Shown: positions 56,402 through 64,000 of the stretch, in pieces
Layout of the letters: each line of letters starts with the position of its first letter
Position numbering within the stretch: the stretch's first letter is position 1
Source of the DNA: Chloroflexota bacterium
GTDB lineage: Bacteria > Chloroflexota > Limnocylindria > Limnocylindrales > CSP1-4
Assembly (NCBI GenBank): GCA_026004015.1
Contig: BPIH01000007.1
Coordinates: forward strand, 4,229 to 68,228
DNA length: 64,000 nucleotides
Direction of reading: 5' to 3'
The notes under the pieces: model-generated
Told to the model about the DNA's origin: nothing
Database searches by the model: none
Seen by the model: the letters and a program-made list of their open reading frames with translations, nothing else
Made by a program: the position numbers and the translations under genes

Positions 56402-59302
56402 TCAGGCAAGCTCGGGCAGCTCCTGGGCGTCCGTCTGGGCAGCCGCGAAGGGATCGCCGACCGCCGCCACTCGGTCGAGGATCGTCCGGATCGTCCACCG
56501 ATCGGAGCGCAGATCGGGGTCCTCGAGCTCGTCCCAGCTGATCGGGGCCGAGACCGGCGCCCCCGGGGCCGGCCGGACGGCGTAGGCGGCGACGAGGGTT
56601 CGGATCGGGCTGTTCTGGGTGTAGTCGAGGCGGGCTCGGCCGCCGCGTTCGGCGACCGCCCACTCCCAGGAGACGAGGTCGGGGACGACGGCGGCGACGG
56701 TCCGCGAGAGGCGCTCGACCCAGCGGCTCGTCTCGGCGTACGTGTAGCGGGGGACGATCGGGATCCAGATCTGGATCCCCCGCCGGCCGGTGAGCTTCGG
56801 GTAGCCCCGAACCTGGAGGTGGGCGAGGGCGTCGCGGAAGAGTCGGGCGAGGAGGACCGTCTCCTGCCAGGTCGTCTCCGTCCCCGGGTCGATGTCGACG
56901 AGGGCGAAGGTGGGGTGGAGGGGGTCGTCGCAGCGGACCGTCCAGGGATGGATCTCGAAGGCGGCCCGGTTCGCCAGCCAGGCGAGGGTCGCCACCTCCT
57001 CCGCGACGAGGTGGACGTTCGGCTCGCGCTTCGAGCCGGGCGGCAGCGGCTCCCGCCAGCGTCGGAGCCAGGCCGGATCGGTCGGACGGAGGTCCTTCTG
57101 CCAGAAGCCGGGTGCCCCGACGCCGTCCGGGAAGCGGTGGAGGTTCAGGGGCCGCTCGAGGAGGTGGGGCAGCATCGTCGGGGCGATCCGGACGAAGTAC
57201 TCGATGAGCTCCCGCTTCGAAATCGGCGGCTCGCCCGACCCTGGCCGGGGCGGGAAGAGGACCTTGTCGAGGTTCGTCAGCCTCAGCTCGCGCCCGGCGA
57301 CGCGCCAGAGGCCCTGGCTGCCGATCCGCCGGAGGGCGGCGAGCTCGGCCTCGGTGATTGACCAGGGCCGGCCGTTCGGACCGAGGAGGCGGCCGTCGGC
57401 GTCGCGTTCCGGGGCCGGCGACGGCCGGCGGCCGGGGGCCGGCGCGGGCGTCGCCGCCGGAGGACCGACGGGCAGGGCCGCCCGTCGTGCCGCGATGCCG
57501 GTGGGTGGGGCAAGCGGGGTGGGCCTCGGCGCTTCGTCCCGGGCCACCGAGCTCGACCCGGGTGCGGCGCCCTCGGGGGCCGCGCCCTCGGGGACCGCCA
57601 GTCGGCGCAGGACGGCCGCGTCGCCCGGCCGCTCCCGGACGACGTCGGGCGGGTCGCGGTCGAGCTCGAGGCCCTTGTAGCTCGCCTGCCGAACGAGCCC
57701 GTCGCGGGTCCAGCCTCCGACCTCGGCCCGGATGACGAGCCGGGGCCGGACCCAGCGGGCCGGGGCAAGCGGCCCACGCGGCTCCGGGGCGGGCTCGAAG
57801 GGCGGGGCGTCGGCGGCGAGCGCCTCGAGCTCGTGGCGGAGACGACGGCGGGCGGCCGCATCGAAGCCCGAACCGACCCGTCCCGCATAGCGCAGCCGGT
57901 CGCCCTCGAAGACCCCGACGAGGAGGGCGCCGAGATCGCGGGCACTCCCCTGCCCCGGCAGCCAGCCGCCGACGACGAGCTCCTGGCCCAGGCGGGCTTT
58001 CAGCTTCAGCCAGTTCGGGCTTCGGCGGCCGGGCTCGTACGGGCTTCGGCGCCGCTTGGCGACGATCCCTTCGAGGCCCTGATTCCGGGCGGCTTCGAAG
58101 AAGGCCCGCCCCTCGGCGGCGACGTGGCCGGCGTATCGGACCCGGGGCCCGTCGAGGAGGGCAGCCCGGAGGAGGCGCTTCCGAGCCTCGAGGGGAACGG
58201 CGAGGAGGGACCGACCGTCGATGCGGAGGAGATCGAAGACCTCGTAGACGACGGGCGCCCTCCGAGCCTCGGCGTCGCCCGCGATCCAGCCCTGGAGGAG
58301 GTCGAAATCGGGGCGACCGGCCGGATCGAGGGCGACGACCTCGCCGTCGAGGATCGCCTCCCGGGCCCGGAGCCAGCGGTCGGGCGGCGGGAGGAGCCGC
58401 GGGAAGTAGGCGGCGGCATCGTGACCGTTCCGGGTGAAGAGTTGGACGGCGCCGTCGGCGACGATCGCCTCGACCCGGAAGCCGTCCCACTTCACCTCGA
58501 AGAGCCAGTCGGGGTCGTCGAAGGGTTCGTCGGCGAGGGAGGCGAGCATCGGCGGGATGAAGGTCGGCGGCGCCTCGACGGCGACGGCGGCCGAGAGGTC
58601 GATCTCGGCCTCGGCGGCTCCTGCGGCCGCGGCCCAGAGGGTGTCGCTTGCGGCCCGAACCTCGTCGTTCGTCCGCCCGGTCTTGACCGAGCGGGGATGC
58701 TCCTCGGGGTCCCAGCCGGGGACGGCGTGCTCGTCGCGCTTCTTGATGAGGAGCCAGGCCTCGCCGCCTCCTTCGCCCGACTCGGCGCGGTCTCGCTCGG
58801 CGCGGTCTCGGTCAGGGCGGTCTCGCTCGGTGCGGGCGTCGCCTCGGGGACGGGGCCCCGCTCGCGCCGTCCGGACGAGGACGAAGCGGCCGGCGAGCTT
58901 CTCGCCCCGGAGTCGGAACTTCAGCTCCCCTGCGGCAAGGGCACGCTCCGGGTCGGGCGTCTCGGGCTCCGGCTCCCAGGTGCCGCGGTCCCAGACGATG
59001 ACGTCCCCGGCCCCGTATTCGCCTCTCGGGATGACGCCCTCGAAGTCGAGGTACTCGATCGGGTGGTCCTCGACGCGGATCGCGATCCGTCGGGCGCCCG
59101 GATCGAGGGTCGGCCCCTTCGGGACGGCCCAGGAGACGAGGACGCCGCCGATCTCGAGCCGGAGGTCGTAGTGGAGGCGCCGGGCCCGGTGCCGCTGGAC
59201 GACGAAGCGGCCGCCGACCGACCCTCCGTCGCCGCCGGGGGCGCCGGGCGGTTCGGGGGTCCGCCGGAAGTCTCGTTTGCGACGATAGGCGTCGAGCGAC
59301 AT
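56402..59302 (-). CDS. ligD: multidomain NHEJ DNA ligase D (phosphoesterase - ATP-dependent ligase - polymerase/primase)
   Basis: 966-aa ORF. PE domain: ..FVVQRHRARRLHYDLRLE..WAVPKGP.. Ligase domain: ..PMLASL..LFEVKWDGFRV.. Pol domain: ..LTNLDKVLFP.. Confidence 0.93.
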   Translation of the reverse strand: MSLDAYRRKRDFRRTPEPPGAPGGDGGSVGGRFVVQRHRARRLHYDLRLEIGGVLVSWAVPKGPTLDPGARRIAIRVEDHPIEYLDFEGVIPRGEYGAGDVIVWDRGTWEPEPETPDPERALAAGELKFRLRGEKLAGRFVLVRTARAGPRPRGDARTERDRPDRDRAERDRAESGEGGGEAWLLIKKRDEHAVPGWDPEEHPRSVKTGRTNDEVRAASDTLWAAAAGAAEAEIDLSAAVAVEAPPTFIPPMLASLADEPFDDPDWLFEVKWDGFRVEAIVADGAVQLFTRNGHDAAAYFPRLLPPPDRWLRAREAILDGEVVALDPAGRPDFDLLQGWIAGDAEARRAPVVYEVFDLLRIDGRSLLAVPLEARKRLLRAALLDGPRVRYAGHVAAEGRAFFEAARNQGLEGIVAKRRRSPYEPGRRSPNWLKLKARLGQELVVGGWLPGQGSARDLGALLVGVFEGDRLRYAGRVGSGFDAAARRRLRHELEALAADAPPFEPAPEPRGPLAPARWVRPRLVIRAEVGGWTRDGLVRQASYKGLELDRDPPDVVRERPGDAAVLRRLAVPEGAAPEGAAPGSSSVARDEAPRPTPLAPPTGIAARRAALPVGPPAATPAPAPGRRPSPAPERDADGRLLGPNGRPWSITEAELAALRRIGSQGLWRVAGRELRLTNLDKVLFPPRPGSGEPPISKRELIEYFVRIAPTMLPHLLERPLNLHRFPDGVGAPGFWQKDLRPTDPAWLRRWREPLPPGSKREPNVHLVAEEVATLAWLANRAAFEIHPWTVRCDDPLHPTFALVDIDPGTETTWQETVLLARLFRDALAHLQVRGYPKLTGRRGIQIWIPIVPRYTYAETSRWVERLSRTVAAVVPDLVSWEWAVAERGGRARLDYTQNSPIRTLVAAYAVRPAPGAPVSAPISWDELEDPDLRSDRWTIRTILDRVAAVGDPFAAAQTDAQELPELA

Positions 59303-59413
59303 GGCCGGAGTCTGCCACCTCGAGCCGGCCTCGGAGGCTCCCGATCGAGCCAGCGACGCCGGCGACGATGCGGCCGGCGGCCGCCTCCGGCCGCTGCAGC
59401 CGCGGCCCCCTCG

Positions 59414-60469
59414 TCAGGCGCTCTTCCGACGTCGGACCGGCCGCGCCTCCGCCTCGGCGATCTGCTCCTCGTCGGCCGGAGCGCCTCCCGGCCGCCGTCC
59501 ACCGGGGCCGACCGTTCCGCGCTTCGAGCCGCCGGCAACCTCCGCCGGCCCCGTCCGAGCGCGCCCCGGGCCGCCGGCCGCCGTTGGCGCCGCCCGGGCC
59601 GCCGTCGACCGCCCTCGAGCGACGCCTCGCTCCTGCGCCGCGGCGACCTCGGCGATCGCCGCCGGTGCCTCCTCGGCCCGTTGCCGCCGAGCCGCCGCGA
59701 CGCTCGCTTCGAGGACCTTCATGAGGTCGATGACCGCGGCCGCGGGCTCGACCTCGGCCGGCGCCGCCTCGGGCTCCATCCCCTCGGCCTTGGCCCGGAT
59801 GATCTCCATGACGGCGTCCCGGTATTCGTCGCGGTAGGCGGTCGGATCGAAGGGCGCCGTCATCGCCTCGACGAGCTGGCGGGCCATCGCCCGTTCGGCC
59901 GGCTTGAGCTCGATCTCGCCGTCGGGGAGGTCGAGCTCGGCGACCGAGCGGATCTCGTCGGGCCAGTGGAGGGTCGAGAGGAGGAGCGCCCGGTCGAAGG
60001 GATCGATCGCGGCTAGGACCTCGCGATCCTTGATGACGACCTTGCAGATGGCCGTCAGGCCGGCCTCGGCGAGGACCTCGCGGAGGAGGGCGAAGGCCTT
60101 GCGGCCGATCGGCTCCGGCTCGACGTAGTAGGCCTGCTTCACGAACCGGACGGCCGACTCGGCCGCCGAGCGCTCGACGAACTGCTCGATCTCGATGGTC
60201 CGGAGCGTCTTGAGCGGGACCTTCGCCAAGTCCTCGTCGGTGACGATGACGTAGCGGTCGGGCGCGATCTCGTAGCCCCGGACGGTCTCGCTCCTGGGGA
60301 TGATCTTCTCCTCGACGGGGCACCAGATCTTCATCTGGATCCGGGCTCCGTCGGCCGCATGGAGGAGGTGGAAGGCGATCTGGGTCTTCGGCTCGGTGGC
60401 GAGGTAGAGCCGGACGGGGATCGTGACGAGCCCGAACTGGATCGCCCCCCTCCACATGGCACGAGCCAT
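59414..60469 (-). CDS. ku: Ku DNA-end-binding protein
   Basis: MARAMWRGAIQFGLVTIPVRLY.. The second ATG (60467-60469) has GGAGG 8 nt upstream. Basic Ala/Gly/Arg-rich C-terminal tail. Confidence 0.92.
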   Translation of the reverse strand: MARAMWRGAIQFGLVTIPVRLYLATEPKTQIAFHLLHAADGARIQMKIWCPVEEKIIPRSETVRGYEIAPDRYVIVTDEDLAKVPLKTLRTIEIEQFVERSAAESAVRFVKQAYYVEPEPIGRKAFALLREVLAEAGLTAICKVVIKDREVLAAIDPFDRALLLSTLHWPDEIRSVAELDLPDGEIELKPAERAMARQLVEAMTAPFDPTAYRDEYRDAVMEIIRAKAEGMEPEAAPAEVEPAAAVIDLMKVLEASVAAARRQRAEEAPAAIAEVAAAQERGVARGRSTAARAAPTAAGGPGRARTGPAEVAGGSKRGTVGPGGRRPGGAPADEEQIAEAEARPVRRRKSA

Positions 60470-60663
60470 GAGCATCGCCTCCGTTCTCGGCCCCGGTCCC
60501 GGCCGGGGCGCCAGAGAGGGGACGATACCACGGGCCGCGAGAGGCGGCGACGGGTCGGACCGGCCTGGCGAGGCCAGGATGGCCGGCCGGGCGGACGCAC
60601 CCGACGAGCCCGCCATGCCCCTCGTGCCTCCCGCCTGGCCCGTGGGGTCCGCGAGACGACCGA

Positions 60664-61142
60664 GCGGCCGGCGTAGCTGGACAACTCGTGCCTCTCGGGT
60701 CCTCGCTGGCCGCTGTGACGGCGTAGCTGGACAAATCGCGCGTCCGAGCCGGTCAGGCGGTCATCTTGACGGTGTAGCCGGACAAATGGCGCATCCCCGC
60801 CTCGGCGGCGCCAACTGTGACGGCGTAGCCGGACAAATCGCGCATCCCCGCCTGGGCGGCGCCAAATGTGACGGCGTAGCTGGACAAAACGCGCGTCCGA
60901 GCCGGTCAGGCGGTCATCTTGACGGTGTAGCCGGACAAATCGCGCGTTCGACCCGATCGGTGCTTGATTTGTCCAGTCAGGCCGTCACGTCGGGCGTCTC
61001 GGTCCCTAGCGCGTCGGATTTGTTCGGCCAGGCCGTCACGAACCGCATGGCAGGCCCAGGGATGCTCGATTTGTCCAGTCAGGCCGTCACGTCGGCCGGT
61101 TCGGTCCCGAGGATTTTCGAGTTGTCCGGTCAGGCCGTCACG
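60664..61142. repeat. 51-bp-phased array: six direct copies of GTGACGG(C/T)GTAGC(C/T)GGACAAATCGCGC followed by four inverted copies GATTTGTCC(A/G)GTCAGGCCGTCACG
   Basis: Direct copies start at 60664, 60715, 60766, 60817, 60868 and 60919. Inverted copies start at 60966, 61017, 61068 and 61119. The inter-copy segments recur (two types, order A-B-B-A). The tract is locally AT-richer and non-coding. Confidence 0.92.
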
Positions 61143-61381
61143 CAGGGCCCAACGTATCGGATGCATGCGGCCAGGTCGTCACGGACCACGGCGTCGACTG
61201 GACGGTTCGGGTGACGTGACGGGGGCTATCCAGGTCAGGTGGCCGAGGATCTGCCGTTCGGCAACGATCCGGGGGACGCCCGCGGCGAGGTGCGAGGCGA
61301 CGCCAACGCGCACCGGCCGCAGCCGGACCAAGAGTTCCCCGATGCTCGCCGTTCCGTCTCCTACCCGACCGCGGGCACGGG

Positions 61382-62665
61382 TTAGACCTGGCCGCGGAGC
61401 CGCCGCTCGGCTTCGGCGACGTGCTCGAGGATCCCGGCCCGGAGGCCGTCGAGGCCCGACCAGACCGCCTTCGTGGCGTTCCCGATCGAGGTCAGCTGCG
61501 TCTTCAGGTTCCTGATCGCCTCGAGCTCCCGGCGGATCCCCTCGAGCGCCTCGGCGACCGCCCCGGCGTCGATCTCCGTGTCTCGCTCGTCGGCCGAGGC
61601 GAGGGCGAGGAGCCGTGCCAGGCGGATCGCCGCCTCGAGGGTCGCCCGCTCCGGCGCCTCGGGATCGAGGACGCAGTAGACGTCGCCGGCGCGGATGTCG
61701 AAGGGGGCGATGCCGGATGGAGCGTGCTCCGGGGTGAAGACGACGACGCCGACGGCGGCGCCGCGGTTCGTCTTCGCTTCGCGGAGCTCGTCGCGGATCC
61801 GCGGCCCCGAGACGGCCCGGTTCTTCGCCTCGATGACGACCCGCACCTCCGCCCCGCGGGTGAGGTCCGGGTTGAGGGTCAGGACGAAGTCGCCCTTCTT
61901 CGAGCGGAGGACGTCGCCGGCCTCGGTCGAGGTCCGCTCGAGGAGATCGCCGGCACCGCGGGCAAGCTCGCCGAGGAGGCCTTCCAGGAGGTCCTCGAAG
62001 TCCGTTCCCTTGGCGGCCGATTTCGCCCGCTCCGCCGCCCGCGCCGCGGCGGCGGCCTCGAGGGCGGCGAGCTTCTCGTGGAGCCGGCCGAACTCGGCCG
62101 TAATCTCGGCCCGGAACTGGTGGAGCGGCGAGCCGAGGCGGGTCGGGTCGAGGAGCCGGGCGAGCTTCGACGCGTCGCCGTCGAAGTACGAGCCGAGGAG
62201 CGTCGAGAGTCGGCCGAGGGCGGAGTCCCGCTTCGTCTCGTCGAAGAGCTCGGTGACGAACTGTCGGAGCGCGCCCCGATCGCCGAGGAACGCTTCGAGG
62301 GTCCGCGGCAGGCGACCCTCGCCGTCGGCGAAGTTCTGACGGAGGATCGTCTCGAGGGCCGTCGTCGCCCGCTCGTTCGCCTCGACCGTCCGCCGCAGGA
62401 GCTCGTCGAACTCCCGGCGGACGACGTCGACGTCGACCGTCACCGTCGCGTCGGCGATGGCGAGGAGACCGACCCTGAGGGCACGTTCGACGAGGGCCGG
62501 CCGATCGGGCTCGGGGCGAGCGGCGACGACGGCGGCGGCGGCCGGATCGACGACCTCGAGCCGCTCGACGACGAGCCGGTCGCCGGCAACGACGATCCGC
62601 GGCTCGGGACGCGGCTCGGGCGAGCGGCCCAGGACGTCGTCGATGGGGACGATGCGGGCTTCCAT
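61382..62665 (-). CDS. coiled-coil protein with a C-terminal PD-(D/E)xK nuclease-like core (DUF2130-like by look)
   Basis: 427-aa ORF. ..KGTDFEDLLEGLLGELA..DVLRSKKGDFVLTL..VRVVIEAKNR..GAAVGVVVF.. fits a D...E-x-K restriction-endonuclease-like motif preceded by a long helical region. Confidence 0.6.
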   Translation of the reverse strand: MEARIVPIDDVLGRSPEPRPEPRIVVAGDRLVVERLEVVDPAAAAVVAARPEPDRPALVERALRVGLLAIADATVTVDVDVVRREFDELLRRTVEANERATTALETILRQNFADGEGRLPRTLEAFLGDRGALRQFVTELFDETKRDSALGRLSTLLGSYFDGDASKLARLLDPTRLGSPLHQFRAEITAEFGRLHEKLAALEAAAAARAAERAKSAAKGTDFEDLLEGLLGELARGAGDLLERTSTEAGDVLRSKKGDFVLTLNPDLTRGAEVRVVIEAKNRAVSGPRIRDELREAKTNRGAAVGVVVFTPEHAPSGIAPFDIRAGDVYCVLDPEAPERATLEAAIRLARLLALASADERDTEIDAGAVAEALEGIRRELEAIRNLKTQLTSIGNATKAVWSGLDGLRAGILEHVAEAERRLRGQV

Positions 62666-62721
62666 GCCCCACAGTCTGCCCGGGGTCCGTGCCAGCTAGC
62701 CTGGCACGGCTCGCAAGAACT

Positions 62722-62837
62722 CCGGAAGGCCGGCCCGATTCGCGGCGGGTCTACGCCGGTCGCGCAAGTCGCGAGCCCGGGCTACGTCGGTGATGCCGGA
62801 AGGTCGGCCCGATTCGCGGCGGGTCTACGCCGGTCGC
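62722..62837. repeat. 42-bp direct repeat (1 mismatch) with 74-bp period; the second copy overlaps the last 13 nt of the PspC-domain gene
   Basis: CCGGAAGG(C/T)CGGCCCGATTCGCGGCGGGTCTACGCCGGTCGC at 62722-62763 and 62796-62837. Confidence 0.88.
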
Positions 62838-63283
62838 CGAAGCGCCTGGAGAACGAGGAGGAGGCCGATGACGACGAGCGCGGCCGGCCAGACGAGGCCC
62901 CAGTCGATCCGGATCCAGAACCAGCGGTCGACGAGGAAGACGAGGCCGATGACGACGAGCGCGGCGCCCAGGAGGAGGGCGAGGTCGTCGCCCGTCGCCC
63001 GAGCGCTCGATCGACCGCCGCCCGCGGGCACCTCGCCGCCAGGCGGGGTCGCGCCCTCTTCGCCGCCGGACGGGGTCTGCCCTTCCTCGCCTGCCGGCCG
63101 CTCGGGGACGACGAGGGCCATGACGACGTAGAGGACGACGAAGGGCACGACCGCCGTCGCGAGGGCGAGGACGACCCAGGCGATCCGGATCAGGGACGGA
63201 TCGACGTTCAGTCGCTCGGCGAGCCCGCCGCAGACGCCGGCGAAGACGCGATCGGTTCGGGAGCGATAGAGGCGCTCGCTCAT
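62825..63283 (-). CDS. PspC-domain membrane protein
   Basis: MSERLYRSRTDRVFAGVCGGLAERLNVDPSLIRIAWVVLAL.. is the PspC motif. Additional TM helices follow. Confidence 0.8.
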   Translation of the reverse strand: MSERLYRSRTDRVFAGVCGGLAERLNVDPSLIRIAWVVLALATAVVPFVVLYVVMALVVPERPAGEEGQTPSGGEEGATPPGGEVPAGGGRSSARATGDDLALLLGAALVVIGLVFLVDRWFWIRIDWGLVWPAALVVIGLLLVLQALRRPA

Positions 63284-63305
63284 GCCCAGATGGTAGCCCC
63301 GTCGA

Positions 63306-64000
63306 TCACCGAGGTCTGTGTCCCATGGAAAGACGCAGGCGCAGACGCCGCGCCGGAACCAGCTCATCCCGCGACCCTTCTGAGCTTGCTCGCACGTCGG
63401 GATCGCGCCCAGCGTCCTCGTACGCCCAGCCCGCGAGGAGCTCGAGAAGTCGCTCGGCGTCGCCCGGCTCGGCGACCGCGAGGGCCATCTCGAGCCGGTC
63501 GGCCCGCTCGGCGCCGATCGCCGCCCGGAGCTGTTCGGCGAGGTGATACGAGTCGAGCAGCTCGATCGCGCCTGGAAAGGCGCGATCGAGGATCGGGCGG
63601 ATGGCGGCCGCCCCGTCGGACCCGAACAGGATCCGGTCGGCCTCGTAGACGCCGAGTCGCGCGCACAGCGCGGTGAACCGCTCGGCAAAGCCGGTCGGGG
63701 TCTCCGTCCCGGCATCGAACGTCCGCCCCACGAGCGCCCGGCGGGCCCGGCCGATCCGGCGGGCACCGTCGAAGACGAGCCCGATCTTGACCTCGAGCTC
63801 GGTCCCGGTCGCGCGATCGTGGACCATCGTCCCGTCGGCACTGACCGAGACCGTGCCGCCCCGGTGCTTCCTGGTGCGGCGATCGGATGGTCGCCCAGGA
63901 CTGCCTCGGTCTCGGCCGCCCGGGCGGTCTCGAGCGCCGCCCCCTCCTCGGCCACCCGAGCGGTGGAGCTCGCCCAGCCCGATCGGTGAGCGACGCAGCT
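63306..64000 (-). pseudogene. ISLre2/UPF0236-like transposase remnant (frameshifted, C-terminally short, N-terminus beyond the window)
   Basis: ..SADGTMVHDRATGTELEVKIGLVFDG.. and ..ILFGSDGAAAIRPILDRAFPGAIELLDSYHLAEQL.. The upstream part (..AEEGAALETARAAETEAVLGDHPIAAPG) lies in another frame, with the shift near 63840. Confidence 0.55.

Noticed and set aside
60664-61142. CRISPR array
   Set aside because: The repeats are regularly spaced, but the 'spacers' recur (two types, A-B-B-A). Half of the copies are inverted. The repeat units vary. No cas genes or leader are present.
60664-61142. chromosomal oriC
   Set aside because: The DnaA-box resemblance is only 6-7/9, with mismatches at normally conserved positions. 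No dnaA, dnaN or an AT-rich unwinding element lies adjacent. This is kept only as a hypothesis in the finding.
60423-61214. 263-aa plus-strand ORF and 86-aa minus-strand ORF (60906..61166) encoding 17-aa peptide repeats (DGVAGQI.. / DGLTGQI..)
   Set aside because: The 51-bp period is a multiple of 3, so the frames stay open by construction. Third-position GC is far below that of real genes here. The long ORF starts antisense inside ku. Non-coding DNA repeats are more likely.

Overview
High-GC (by eye about 70% or more), densely coding, Actinomycetota-like chromosomal segment. Most genes are on the minus strand. The housekeeping backbone is tRNA-Ser/serS, class-I lysK, greA, argR, uppP, hppA, ndk, an M16 peptidase, an NCS2 purine permease, coaX-coaBC-panB-panC, glutamate dehydrogenase, degV, an MFS transporter, ggt, an M20 peptidase, GT87, lhr-nei, doxX, a deacetylase-GNAT fusion, tatA, cutA, a yyaL-like gene and ku-ligD.

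Accessory content:
- 1-5.3 kb is an island next to tRNA-Ser. It holds a one-ORF RHH-MazF module, an IS256-family element with an 8-bp target duplication that splits a small gene, and a decayed tRNA-Ser 3' half bracketing an integrase-less Xis-containing remnant.
- A second, intact IS256-family element lies at 9.5-11.0 kb.
- A lower-GC islet at 53-56.3 kb encodes a secreted HExxH protein, a lipoprotein and a Cys/His peptidase-like protein. A (CT)9 tract sits in its divergent promoter gap.
- An ISLre2-like transposase remnant lies at the right edge.

Most unusual signals:
1. A strictly 51-bp-phased array of six direct plus four inverted copies of a 24-nt motif lies between ku and a coiled-coil PD-(D/E)xK gene (60.66-61.14 kb). 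It is not a CRISPR. Its core resembles a DnaA box.
2. Multiple +/-1 frameshifts cluster in specific genes: lysK, uppP, hppA and two membrane genes. Interleaved genes and a roughly 30-kb stretch read cleanly. This is either real pseudogenisation or uneven consensus quality.
3. Several intergenic repeat or dyad clusters occur: GTGCAC-N3-GTGCAC, ACTCGC-N3-GCGAGT, and 18- and 22-bp minisatellites.

No CRISPR array, cas genes, rRNA or recognisable complete defence system was seen. All function calls come from motif recognition by eye. No database search was run.
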